The notes under the pieces were generated by a model. It searched no databases. It worked only from the letters and a program-made list of their open reading frames with translations, and was not told the DNA's origin. From Cereibacter sphaeroides 2.4.1 (lineage in GTDB: Bacteria; Pseudomonadota; Alphaproteobacteria; Rhodobacterales; Rhodobacteraceae), in assembly GCF_000012905.2 (NCBI RefSeq), contig NC_007493.2, positions 990,001 to 1,022,000 of the forward strand: DNA of 32,000 bases, read 5' to 3'. Made by a program: the position numbers and the translations under genes. Positions 1 through 8,572 of this stretch are shown here, piece after piece (position 1 is the stretch's first letter; each line of letters opens with the position of its first letter).

Positions 1-265
1 CTTCGAGAAGCTCGATATGGAAGGGCGCTCGATCTTCGGCACGATCCGCGAGCTCTACGGGCTGACGGTCGCGCGGGCGGATCGATGGCTGAAGGGCGCC
101 ATCGTTCCGCCGGAAGTGGCGGCGCGGATGGGCGTGCCGCCCGGCGGCGCCATGATCGCCATCGAGTCGGTCGCCTACGACCACGACGGCAATGCGCTCG
201 AATATTACCGCGCCTACTACAACAGCGAAGTCGCCCCGATCCACGTCGCAACCGACGCCCATTAA
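1..265 (+). CDS. GntR/HutC-family transcriptional regulator, C-terminal UTRA effector-binding part (5'-truncated by window edge)
   Basis: The frame is open from base 2 to TAA at 263-265. The translated tail (...GAMIAIESVAYDHDGNALEYYRAYYNSEV...) resembles the C-terminal UTRA domain of HutC/FarR-type GntR regulators. It lies directly upstream of a sugar locus with a palindromic operator. Confidence 0.7.
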   Translation, partial: FEKLDMEGRSIFGTIRELYGLTVARADRWLKGAIVPPEVAARMGVPPGGAMIAIESVAYDHDGNALEYYRAYYNSEVAPIHVATDAH

Positions 266-315
266 GCGCCTGTCGTCACAGCGAAAAACCTCCAGCGGCC
301 CCGATCTTCGATTTC

Positions 316-327
316 TGATCATTACCA
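316..327. promoter_or_regulatory. Candidate second (imperfect) GntR-type operator half-palindrome TGATCATTACCA
   Basis: Its reverse complement TGGTAATGATCA matches the core TGGTAACGACCA of the 360-377 palindrome at 10 of 12 positions. It sits just upstream of the -35 hexamer, with centres about 47 bp apart. Confidence 0.3.
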
Positions 328-329
328 CA

Positions 330-358
330 TTGACAGAAGCAGATTTGCCTCCTACCTT
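330..358 (+). promoter_or_regulatory. Sigma-70-like promoter of the sugar locus
   Basis: TTGACA (330-335), a 17-nt spacer, then TACCTT (353-358), in a locally AT-richer patch about 100 nt upstream of ATG 459. Confidence 0.45.
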
Positions 359-359
359 T

Positions 360-377
360 TTCTGGTAACGACCAGAA
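360..377. promoter_or_regulatory. Candidate GntR/HutC operator, perfect 7-bp inverted repeat TTCTGGT-AACG-ACCAGAA
   Basis: The arms TTCTGGT and ACCAGAA are exact reverse complements. The core fits the GntR-family GT-Nx-AC pattern and starts 2 nt after the predicted -10, so it would overlap the transcription start. The regulator gene lies immediately upstream. Confidence 0.5.
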
Positions 378-458
378 ACCGCACGTCGGGCGCTGGGAAG
401 GACGCGGCCGAGCCTCGGGAGGAACCTTCGGGTCCGGGCTCCGCGTCAGGGAGGAAGA

Positions 459-1223
459 ATGGACTACAGGACGGTTTTTCGTCTCGATGGCGCCTGCGCG
501 GCCGTCACCGGAGCGGGCAGCGGCATCGGCCTCGAAATCTGCCGGGCCTTCGCAGCCTCGGGCGCGCGGCTCATCCTGATCGACCGCGAGGGCGCGGCCC
601 TCGACCGGGCAGCTGAAGAGCTCGGCGCGGCGGTGGCTTCGCGGATCGTGGCCGATGTGACGGATGCGGAGGCGATGACCGCCGCGGCCGCCGCGGCGGA
701 AGCCGTGGCGCCGGTGTCGATCCTCGTCAATTCCGCGGGCATTGCCCGCCTCCACGATGCGCTCGAGACCGACGACGCCACCTGGCGGCAGGTGATGGCG
801 GTCAATGTGGACGGCATGTTCTGGGCCAGCCGCGCCTTCGGGCGCGCCATGGTCGCGCGCGGGGCAGGGGCCATCGTGAACCTCGGCTCCATGTCGGGCA
901 CCATCGTCAACCGCCCGCAGTTCGCCTCGAGCTACATGGCCTCGAAGGGCGCGGTCCATCAGCTGACGCGGGCGCTCGCCGCCGAATGGGCGGGCCGGGG
1001 CGTGCGGGTGAATGCGCTGGCGCCGGGCTATGTGGCGACCGAGATGACGCTGAAGATGCGCGAGCGGCCCGAGCTCTTCGGAACATGGCTCGACATGACG
1101 CCGATGGGCCGCTGCGGCGAGCCGTCGGAGATTGCGGCGGCGGCGCTGTTCCTTGCCTCGCCGGCGGCGAGCTATGTCACGGGCGCGATCCTCGCGGTCG
1201 ATGGCGGTTACACGGTCTGGTGA
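459..1223 (+). CDS. SDR-family oxidoreductase (short-chain dehydrogenase)
   Basis: 254-aa ORF with a TGAGSGIG Rossmann motif, catalytic YMASK (YxxxK) and an NSAG motif. A Shine-Dalgarno-like AGGGAGGA ends 4 nt before the ATG. Confidence 0.9.
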   Translation: MDYRTVFRLDGACAAVTGAGSGIGLEICRAFAASGARLILIDREGAALDRAAEELGAAVASRIVADVTDAEAMTAAAAAAEAVAPVSILVNSAGIARLHDALETDDATWRQVMAVNVDGMFWASRAFGRAMVARGAGAIVNLGSMSGTIVNRPQFASSYMASKGAVHQLTRALAAEWAGRGVRVNALAPGYVATEMTLKMRERPELFGTWLDMTPMGRCGEPSEIAAAALFLASPAASYVTGAILAVDGGYTVW

Positions 1224-1227
1224 GGCG

Positions 1228-1884
1228 ATGAACGAGATGAGCGATCTGTCCGACCTCGCCAAGCGCGAAGAGATCATCCGCCAGTGTCTCGAGATGAACC
1301 GCTCGGGCCTCAATCAGGGCACCTCGGGCAACATCTCTGTGCGCCATGGCGAGGGGATGCTGATCACCCCCACGTCGCTGCCCTACGACACGCTGGTGCC
1401 CGAGGACATCGTCTTCGTCTCGATGGAGGGCGAGGTGCGGGGCCGGCACAAGCCGTCGAGCGAATGGCGCTTTCACCGCGACATCCTGCGCGAGCGGGCG
1501 GACGTGAATGCGGTGGTGCATGCGCATCCGACCTACTGCACCACGCTCGCCATCATGAACCGCGAGATCCCCTCGATCCACTACATGCTGGCGGTGGTGG
1601 GCGGCCCGAACATCCGCTGCGCGCCCTACGCGATCTACGGTTCGGAGGAGCTGTCGCGGAACGCGGTCGAGGCGCTGCACGACCGCAAGGCGTGCCTTCT
1701 CGAACATCACGGCATGATCGCCGTGGGCAAGAGCCTCGCGCAGGCCATGTGGCTCGCCGTCGAGGTCGAGACGCTGGCCCGGCAGTATCACGGCTGCCTT
1801 CAGATCGGCGAGCCGCGGCTGCTGAGCGAGCGGCAGATCCAGGACGTGATCGACAAGATCGCCGGCTACGGCCACCAGGGCTGA
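1228..1884 (+). CDS. Class II aldolase/adducin-fold protein (fuculose-1-P aldolase-like; could equally be a sugar-phosphate epimerase)
   Basis: In-frame ATG 1228 lies 5 nt after the SDR stop, and 1132-1227 overlaps the SDR C-terminus. The 218-aa product carries GTSGNISVR and HAHPTY motifs typical of the class II aldolase fold. Confidence 0.85.
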   Translation: MNEMSDLSDLAKREEIIRQCLEMNRSGLNQGTSGNISVRHGEGMLITPTSLPYDTLVPEDIVFVSMEGEVRGRHKPSSEWRFHRDILRERADVNAVVHAHPTYCTTLAIMNREIPSIHYMLAVVGGPNIRCAPYAIYGSEELSRNAVEALHDRKACLLEHHGMIAVGKSLAQAMWLAVEVETLARQYHGCLQIGEPRLLSERQIQDVIDKIAGYGHQG

Positions 1885-1949
1885 GCGGCAGAAGGACCCC
1901 GCAAGGGACAAGGCCGGCGGAGGAGCCGGTTGCATAGGGAGGAAGAGAC

Positions 1950-2912
1950 ATGACGACCAAGACCGCGAAGGGCCTGACGATTGCGCTTCTGCTGCTCGCG
2001 ACCCTGTCGCCCGCGCTGGCCGAGGAGCTGACGCTCGAAGGCAAGACGATCGGCATCACCGCGATCGGCACCGATCACGACTGGGACCTCAAGGCCTATC
2101 AGGCGCAGATCGCCGAGATCGAGCGGCTGGGCGGAACGGCCATCGCGCTCGATGCGGGCCGCAACGACCAGACCCAGGTGAGCCAGATCCAGACGCTGAT
2201 CGCGCAGAAGCCCGATGCGATCATCGAGCAGCTGGGCAACCTCGACGTGCTGAACCCGTGGCTGCAGAAGATCAACGACGCGGGCATCCCGCTCTTCACC
2301 GTCGATACGGCGACCCCGCACGCGATCAACAACACCACCTCGAACAACTATTCCATCGGGGCGGAGCTGGCGCTGCAGATGGTGGCGGATCTGGGCGGCA
2401 AGGGCAATGTGCTGGTTTTCAACGGCTTCTATTCGGTGCCGGTCTGCAAGATCCGCTACGACCAGATGAAATACGTTCTCGAGGCCTTCCCGGACGTGAA
2501 GATCATCGAGCCCGAGCTGCGCGACGTGATCCCGAACACGATTCAGTCGGCCTATTCCAACGTCACCGACATGCTGACCAAATACCCCAACGAGGGCGAT
2601 GTCGGCGCCATCTGGGCCTGCTGGGACGTGCCGATGATCGGCGCCACGCAGGCGCTGCAGGCGGCCGGGCGCACCGACATCCGCACCTATGGCGTGGACG
2701 GCAGCCCCGAGTTCGTCGAGATGGTGGCCGATCCCGAGAGCCCCGCGGGCGCGGTGGCGGCGCAGCAGCCCTCCGAGATCGGCAAGCTCGCGGTGCAGAA
2801 CGTGGCGCGTCACCTCGCGGGGCAGGAGGTGAAGCCCTTCACCTTCGCGCCGGCGGTGCTCATCACCAAGGAGAATGCGGCCGAGACCGCCGCGGACTTC
2901 CTGCCGAAGTAA
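1950..2912 (+). CDS. Sugar ABC transporter periplasmic substrate-binding protein (RbsB-like, CUT2)
   Basis: 320 aa with a signal peptide (MTTKTAKGLTIALLLLATLSPALA/EE) and a periplasmic-binding-protein-like sequence. GGGAGGAAG Shine-Dalgarno upstream. Confidence 0.9.
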   Translation: MTTKTAKGLTIALLLLATLSPALAEELTLEGKTIGITAIGTDHDWDLKAYQAQIAEIERLGGTAIALDAGRNDQTQVSQIQTLIAQKPDAIIEQLGNLDVLNPWLQKINDAGIPLFTVDTATPHAINNTTSNNYSIGAELALQMVADLGGKGNVLVFNGFYSVPVCKIRYDQMKYVLEAFPDVKIIEPELRDVIPNTIQSAYSNVTDMLTKYPNEGDVGAIWACWDVPMIGATQALQAAGRTDIRTYGVDGSPEFVEMVADPESPAGAVAAQQPSEIGKLAVQNVARHLAGQEVKPFTFAPAVLITKENAAETAADFLPK

Positions 2913-3095
2913 GCCGGTCGCGCGCGGGCAGAGCCCGGACCCCGAACGGGACCGGGCCTAGGCCCGCGCGCCATGGCCCGACAGGGCCGCCTCACCGGCT
3001 GCGGAGCCCCGCGAGGGGCTTCCTCGGGCGGGTGCCGTCTCTCCTCCCTTCTCCGGCCCCGCCCGTTCCTGCCATCATTCCTCGGGAGCACGTCC

Positions 3096-4604
3096 ATGAG
3101 CGGTCTCGCCATCGACATGACCGGCATCTCCAAGGCCTTCGGGCCGGTGAAGGCGCTGGTCGACGCCGACCTCCGCGTGGCGCGCGGCACGATCCACGGG
3201 CTCGTGGGCCAGAACGGCGCCGGCAAATCGACGATCATCAAGGTGCTGGCCGGGATCCTGAAACCCGACAGCGGCCGTATCACCATCAACGGCACCCGGG
3301 TGGAGAGCCTGACGCCCGCCTCGGTCGAGCGGCTGGGCGTCCATTTCATCCATCAGGAGCGGCTTCTCGTGCCGACGGCCACCGTGGCCGAGGCGGTGTT
3401 CCTGAACTACGAGCTGCGCTTCGGCCCCTTCCTGCGCCCCGGCGCGATGAAGCGGCGCGCCGAAGAGCTGATCCGCACCCATTTCGGGCTCGAGCTGCCG
3501 GGCGACACGCTGGTGCGCGACCTGACGACCGCGCAGCAGAAGATCGTGCAGATCACCCGGGCGCTGGCGCAGGAGGCGCAGGTGCTCGTGCTGGACGAGC
3601 CGACCGCGGCGCTCGTGAAGCGCGAGGTGGACAGCCTCTTTGCGGTGCTGCGCAATCTGCGGGCGCAGGGCATCGCCGTGATCTTCATCTCGCACTACAT
3701 GCAGGAGATCGAGGATCTCTGCGACGAGGTGACCGTGATGCGCAACGGCACCGACGTGGGCGTCGTGCGCCCCGGCGAGACCTCGATCGACGAGATCGTC
3801 TCGATGATGATCGCCCGCGACGTGGGCGAGATGTTCCCCTGCCGCAGCCACGCGCTCGGCGCGCCGGTGCTGCGGGTCGAGGGCCTGTCTCAGGCGGGCC
3901 ATTTCCGCAACGTGAGCTTCGAGGTCCGCGCGGGCGAGGTGCTGGGCATCACGGGCCTCCTCGGCTCGGGCGTGAAGGAGCTGGTCGAGTGCCTCTTCGG
4001 CCTTGAGCAGCCCGATGCGGGCAGCGTCACCATCGACGGCGAGGTGCGCCGCTTCGCCAATCCGGGCCGGGCGGTGCAGGGCCGGGTGGCCCTCGTCCCC
4101 GAGGACCGGCGGGCGCATGGCGTGGCCACCGACATGTCGGTGCGCGACAACATCACCATCGCGAGCCTCGAGCGTTACATGACCCGCGGCTTCGTCTCCC
4201 GCGCGCGGGAGAACGAGGCGGTGGACGGCTTCATCCGCGAGCTCTCGATCAAGACGCCGCACCGCGACCAGCTGGTGCGCAACCTCTCGGGCGGCAACCA
4301 GCAGAAGGTGGCTCTCGCCAAATGGCTCTCGTGCCAGAGCCGGGTCTATGTGCTCGACGAGCCGACCGTCGCCGTCGATGTGGGCGCCAAGGTCGAGATC
4401 TACACGCTGCTCAACCGGCTGGCGGCGGAAGGGGCGGCGATCCTCTTCCTCTCCTCCGACCTGCTCGAGATCGCGGGCTTCTGCGACCGCGCCCTCGTCG
4501 TCTACCGCGGCACGCTGAACGGCGAGTTCGCGGGCGAGACGCTCGACAGCGACCTGCTCCTGGCCGCCGCCTCGGGCGCGCGGGCCCAACGAAAGGAGGC
4601 CTGA
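3096..4604 (+). CDS. Sugar ABC transporter ATP-binding protein (duplicated ATPase, CUT2)
   Basis: Start set at ATG 3096 (MSGLAIDMTGISKAFG...), because the 41 codons upstream are Arg/Pro/Ser-rich junk. Walker A GQNGAGKST, an LSGGNQQKV signature in the second half, and two Walker B motifs (LVLDEPT, YVLDEPT). Confidence 0.9.
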   Translation: MSGLAIDMTGISKAFGPVKALVDADLRVARGTIHGLVGQNGAGKSTIIKVLAGILKPDSGRITINGTRVESLTPASVERLGVHFIHQERLLVPTATVAEAVFLNYELRFGPFLRPGAMKRRAEELIRTHFGLELPGDTLVRDLTTAQQKIVQITRALAQEAQVLVLDEPTAALVKREVDSLFAVLRNLRAQGIAVIFISHYMQEIEDLCDEVTVMRNGTDVGVVRPGETSIDEIVSMMIARDVGEMFPCRSHALGAPVLRVEGLSQAGHFRNVSFEVRAGEVLGITGLLGSGVKELVECLFGLEQPDAGSVTIDGEVRRFANPGRAVQGRVALVPEDRRAHGVATDMSVRDNITIASLERYMTRGFVSRARENEAVDGFIRELSIKTPHRDQLVRNLSGGNQQKVALAKWLSCQSRVYVLDEPTVAVDVGAKVEIYTLLNRLAAEGAAILFLSSDLLEIAGFCDRALVVYRGTLNGEFAGETLDSDLLLAAASGARAQRKEA

Positions 4605-5615
4605 ATGACCATGGCCCTGTCCCCGTCCTCCAGCGAGAGCCCCGCGGGCGCCAGCCGCGGCAAGGCGCTCGCCGCAGCCGCGATCCGGCTCGGCGCGCTC
4701 GCCACCTTCGCGGCCATCATGGCCTATTTCGCCCTGACCGCGCGCGGCTTCGCCACGCCCTTCAACATCGTCAACGTGATCGAGCAATCGGCGATCCTCG
4801 GCATTCTCGCCTTCGGCATGTCGGTCGTCATCATCGGCGGCGGCTCGGAGGTGCAGACCGGCGGCATCGACCTGTCGCTGGCCGCCAATGCGGGCCTCTG
4901 CGCCGCGGTCTTCGCCACCGCGACCAACGCCGGCATGGCCGCGCCGGTGGCGATTGCGGCCACGCTCGGCACGGGGATGCTCGTGGGCGCAGTCAACGGC
5001 TTTGCCGTGGTGGGTCTCGGCATCCTGCCGCTTCTGGCGACCCTCGCCTCGATGAACATCGTGGCCGGCATCGAACTCACGCTGACCGAGAACACGGTCC
5101 TTTCGACCAGCTCGCCGCTGCTGAGCGTCCTCGCCTCGGGCCGCTTCCTCGGGATCTCGGCGCTGGCCTGGGTGCTGATCGCGGCCTCGGTGATCGTGGG
5201 GCTCGTGATCCACCGCACGCCGGTGGGCCTCCGGCTCTATGCGGTGGGCGGCCATCCCGAGGCCGCGCGCGCGGCGGGCCTCAACGTGGGTCTCCATGTC
5301 TGGGGCACCTATGTCTTCGCGGGCCTCTGCGCGGGATTGGCGGCCATCCTCATCGTCTCGCGCCTCTCGGCCTCGACGCCGGGGACGGGCGAGCTTCTGC
5401 TCTCGATCCTCGCCGCGGCGCTTCTCGGCACGGTCTTCTCGCGCCGCTTCGTGCCGACCGTGGGCGGCACCGTCCTGTCGGTGATCTTCATCGGCTTTCT
5501 CGCCAACGGCTTCCAGCTTCTGCATCTGTCGAGCTACTGGGTCTCGGGCGTGCAGGGCGCGCTGATCCTGCTGGTCGTCGCCGTCACCTCCTATGCCCGT
5601 CCGCAGGAGCACTGA
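4605..5615 (+). CDS. Sugar ABC transporter permease (RbsC-like)
   Basis: ATG 4605 abuts the ATPase stop (TGAATG). 336-aa polytopic hydrophobic protein of the BPD type 2 permease pattern. Confidence 0.9.
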   Translation: MTMALSPSSSESPAGASRGKALAAAAIRLGALATFAAIMAYFALTARGFATPFNIVNVIEQSAILGILAFGMSVVIIGGGSEVQTGGIDLSLAANAGLCAAVFATATNAGMAAPVAIAATLGTGMLVGAVNGFAVVGLGILPLLATLASMNIVAGIELTLTENTVLSTSSPLLSVLASGRFLGISALAWVLIAASVIVGLVIHRTPVGLRLYAVGGHPEAARAAGLNVGLHVWGTYVFAGLCAGLAAILIVSRLSASTPGTGELLLSILAAALLGTVFSRRFVPTVGGTVLSVIFIGFLANGFQLLHLSSYWVSGVQGALILLVVAVTSYARPQEH

Positions 5616-5618
5616 GCC

Positions 5619-6596
5619 ATGAGCCTCTCCCTCTCCCGCCATCTGCCGAAGGACCGCGAGAGCTTCTCGACGCTGGCCGTGCTGGTGGCCTTCGTGGGCC
5701 TGTTCCTCGTCTTCGCCACGCAGGCCGATGCGTTCCTGACGCTCGGCAACCTGCGCAACGTGCTGGTGAACAACGTGGTCCTCCTCGCCATCGTGGCGCT
5801 CGGCGTGACCTTCGTCGTCTCCTCGGGCGGCATCGACCTCTCGGTGGGCGTGTCGGTGGACATGGCGAGCCTCGTCTTCGTCTCGGCGCTGGCCGCGGGC
5901 GTGGCGGCGCCGCTGGGGCTCGCCGCCGGTCTCGGCGCGGCGCTCCTCGTGGGGCTGCTGAACGCCATCCTCATCGCGCGGCTGAAGATCAGCCCCTTCC
6001 TCGCCACGCTGGGCGTGCTCTTCATCGGCCAGTCGGTCCAGCGTCTGGCCACCGGCGGCGGCCAGCCGATCTATCTCGTGACCAAGGAGTATGCCGCGAT
6101 CTTCAACGCCATCTCGCGCTCGAGCCTTCTGGGCGTGCCGACGCCGGTCTGGGTGCTGATCCTGTGCGTCCTCGCAACCTGGCTTGCGCTGCACCGCATG
6201 GGCTTCGGCCGGCAGGTGCAGGCCATCGGCGCGCGCCCGGGCGTGGCCTGGTATTCCGGCATCCGCGTGCCCTCGCGGCTGACGCAGGTCTATATCCTCG
6301 CGGCCGTCCTCGCCGGGATCACAGGGATCCTGCTCTCGGCCACGGTGCGCTCCTATGTGCCGATGTCGGGCAATGCCTTCCTCCTCGATGCCATCGGCGC
6401 CACCTTCATCGGCACCACCATCAGCCGCGAGCGCCGGCCCTCGATCCTCGGCACGCTTCTGGGCGTGGCGCTCCTCGCCATGGTCAAGAACGGCCTCCTG
6501 CTCATCGGCTGGAACTTCTACTGGCAGCAGGTGGGGATCGGGGTCCTCGTCTTCGCCGTGCTCGCCCTCAGCTTCGGCCTCCAGCGCCGCCACTAA
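5619..6596 (+). CDS. Sugar ABC transporter permease (second RbsC-like subunit)
   Basis: Starts 3 nt after the previous stop. 325-aa polytopic membrane protein with a GGIDLSVG motif like its neighbour. Confidence 0.9.
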   Translation: MSLSLSRHLPKDRESFSTLAVLVAFVGLFLVFATQADAFLTLGNLRNVLVNNVVLLAIVALGVTFVVSSGGIDLSVGVSVDMASLVFVSALAAGVAAPLGLAAGLGAALLVGLLNAILIARLKISPFLATLGVLFIGQSVQRLATGGGQPIYLVTKEYAAIFNAISRSSLLGVPTPVWVLILCVLATWLALHRMGFGRQVQAIGARPGVAWYSGIRVPSRLTQVYILAAVLAGITGILLSATVRSYVPMSGNAFLLDAIGATFIGTTISRERRPSILGTLLGVALLAMVKNGLLLIGWNFYWQQVGIGVLVFAVLALSFGLQRRH

Positions 6597-6611
6597 CGGA
6601 AAACAGAGATC

Positions 6612-7562
6612 ATGCCGACCTATGACGTGAGTTCCATCGGGTTCTATGTCTGCGACATCCTCGGTCGCCCCGTGACCCGCATCCCCGACGGCGGCCGCGC
6701 CGACTACATCCAGGAGATCCGGATGACGGTCGCGGGCACCGCCGGAGCCACCGCCGCCGACTGCGCCATCCTCGGCCTGAAGACCCTCGCCGTCACCACG
6801 GTGGGCGAGGACGAGATGGGCGACTTCATGGTGGCCAAGCTCACCCGCTTCGGCGTCGATTGCGCCATGGTGGCGCGCGACGGCTCGGTCCAGACGTCGG
6901 CCACCATCCTGCCGGTGCGCCCGAACGGCGAGCGGCCCGCGCTCCATGTGCCGGGCACCGCCGCCACCTTCCGCATCCCCGAGGGCCGGCTCGACGCCGC
7001 ACTCGATGCGCGCATCGTCCATGTCGGTGGCACCGGCCTTCTGAAGAGCTTCGACGGCGCCCCTACGGTCGAGGCGCTGCGCCGCGCGAAGGAGCTCGGG
7101 CGCATCACCACTTTCGATCTGATCCAGGCCACGCCCGAGACCTTTGAGCTGGTCCGCCCCTGCCTGCCCTACATCGACTATTTCGTGCCTTCGATCGAGG
7201 AGGCCTCCGAGATGGCGGGCACGACCGATCCGGCCGAGGTGGCGCGCTTCTTCAAGGGCCTCGGCGTGAAGAACGCGATCCTGACCATGGGCGGGGAGGG
7301 GGTCTACGTCTCGCCCGAGGCGGGCGAGGATTTCCGCTTGCCCGCCCATGCCATCGAGGTGGTCGATACCACGGGCTGCGGCGACAGCTTCACCGCCGGC
7401 GTGATCGTGGGCCTCGCCCGCGGCTGGGACCTGCGCGACTGCTGCCGCTTCGCCTCGGCGGTGGCGGCGCGGGTCGCGATGGGGCTCGGCTCCGACGGAA
7501 AGCTCGTCTCGTTCGAGGACACGATCGAGGCCATGAACACCTTGCCCCTGCGGGCGAACTGA
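6612..7562 (+). CDS. PfkB-family carbohydrate kinase
   Basis: 316 aa with the C-terminal DTTGCGDSF (DTxGxGD) ribokinase/PfkB signature and an N-terminal GG dipeptide region. Confidence 0.9.
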   Translation: MPTYDVSSIGFYVCDILGRPVTRIPDGGRADYIQEIRMTVAGTAGATAADCAILGLKTLAVTTVGEDEMGDFMVAKLTRFGVDCAMVARDGSVQTSATILPVRPNGERPALHVPGTAATFRIPEGRLDAALDARIVHVGGTGLLKSFDGAPTVEALRRAKELGRITTFDLIQATPETFELVRPCLPYIDYFVPSIEEASEMAGTTDPAEVARFFKGLGVKNAILTMGGEGVYVSPEAGEDFRLPAHAIEVVDTTGCGDSFTAGVIVGLARGWDLRDCCRFASAVAARVAMGLGSDGKLVSFEDTIEAMNTLPLRAN

Positions 7563-7572
7563 GGACGGACGG

Positions 7573-8319
7573 ATGACGAAGACGGCGGTTGTGACGGGGG
7601 CGGCGCGCGGGATCGGGCGCGCGCTCGCGGTGGGGCTCGCAGAGGCGGGCTACGATGTGGCGGTGACGGATCTGGCCGCGCAGGCCGACGGGCTGGCCGA
7701 GACGCGCGCGCTGATCGAGGCCGCGGGCCGGCGCGCCTTCGTCGAGACGGTGGATGTCTCGGACCGGGCCGCGGTCGTCGCCGCGATGGCGCGGATCGAG
7801 GACGCCGCGGGCGGGATCGACGTGCTGGTGAACAATGCGGGCATCCTGAAGCCCGCGCGGCTCGAGGATCTCTCGGAGGCCGACTGGGACGCGCATATGG
7901 ACGTGAACGTGAAGGGCGTCCTCTCCTGCTGTCAGGCGGTGCTGCCGGGAATGCGCGCGCGCAAGGCGGGGCGGATCGTCAACATCGCCTCCATCGCGGG
8001 CCGTCAGGGCGTGCCGACCCAAGGCCATTATGCGGCGACCAAGGCCGCCGTCATTACCCTGACGCGGGTGCTGGCGCAGGAGGCCGGCATGGACGGGATC
8101 ACCGTCAATGCCATCTGCCCGGGCATCATCCTGACCGAGATGGGCAAGAACAACCTCGGCTCGGACGAGGCCATCCGCCACTGGGAAGAGGTGGCCGCGC
8201 TGAAGCGTCTCGGCGCGCCCGAAGATATCGTGGGGCCGGTCCTGTTCTTCGCGGGCGAGCAGTCGGCCTTCGTCACCGGGCAGGCGCTGAACGTCTGCGG
8301 CGGGATCTACTTCCATTAG
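7573..8319 (+). CDS. SDR-family oxidoreductase (FabG-like)
   Basis: 248 aa with TGAARGIG, NNAG and YAATKAAV (YxxxK) motifs. GAGGACGG Shine-Dalgarno upstream. Confidence 0.9.
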   Translation: MTKTAVVTGAARGIGRALAVGLAEAGYDVAVTDLAAQADGLAETRALIEAAGRRAFVETVDVSDRAAVVAAMARIEDAAGGIDVLVNNAGILKPARLEDLSEADWDAHMDVNVKGVLSCCQAVLPGMRARKAGRIVNIASIAGRQGVPTQGHYAATKAAVITLTRVLAQEAGMDGITVNAICPGIILTEMGKNNLGSDEAIRHWEEVAALKRLGAPEDIVGPVLFFAGEQSAFVTGQALNVCGGIYFH

Positions 8320-8341
8320 ACCGCAGAGCGGTTCCACCTTC

Positions 8342-8367
8342 GTCCGCGGCGCATCTCCGCCGCGGAC
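8342..8367 (+). terminator. GC-rich hairpin after the second SDR (possible terminator, no U-tract)
   Basis: GTCCGCGGCG-catctc-CGCCGCGGAC forms a perfect 10-bp stem 23 nt after the stop at 8319. It is followed by CCCAACCC rather than a T-run. Confidence 0.3.
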
Positions 8368-8572
8368 CCCAACCCTCCTCCTCCGACGCGGGACCACGCG
8401 GTGCCCCCGATAAGCGGACGCACCGTTGGCGGGTCCGAGGATCCGCACAGGGCGCTTGCGACCTGTGGCCCGCCCGTGGCCGGCCCCCCGCACCGGACAT
8501 GCTCCCCAACCATCCTCTCGCGGCATCTTACGGGCCGCGACAGCCATTCTTCGCCGCCACAGGAGGCCCCTC

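Noticed and set aside
2973-3095. Long N-terminal extensions offered by the track for several genes (2973 for the ATPase, 1132 for the aldolase, 8426 for the ALDH, 11806 for SelO, 20260 for Mpg, 23630 for GSP26-like, 28026 for gpx, 28570 for the HDAC-like gene, 29433 for ThpR)
   Set aside because: In each case the extension overlaps the upstream gene or encodes Arg/Pro/Ala-rich sequence unlike the family. An internal ATG or GTG with a Shine-Dalgarno motif reproduces the canonical N-terminus and length.
3075-7349. 1424-aa ORF on the minus strand, the longest in the track
   Set aside because: It lies antisense to five well-supported genes (the ABC ATPase, two permeases, the PfkB kinase and part of the next gene). 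Its translation is monotonous Arg/Gly/Ala/Asp/His-rich with no motifs. This is a typical stop-codon-free shadow frame of very GC-rich DNA.
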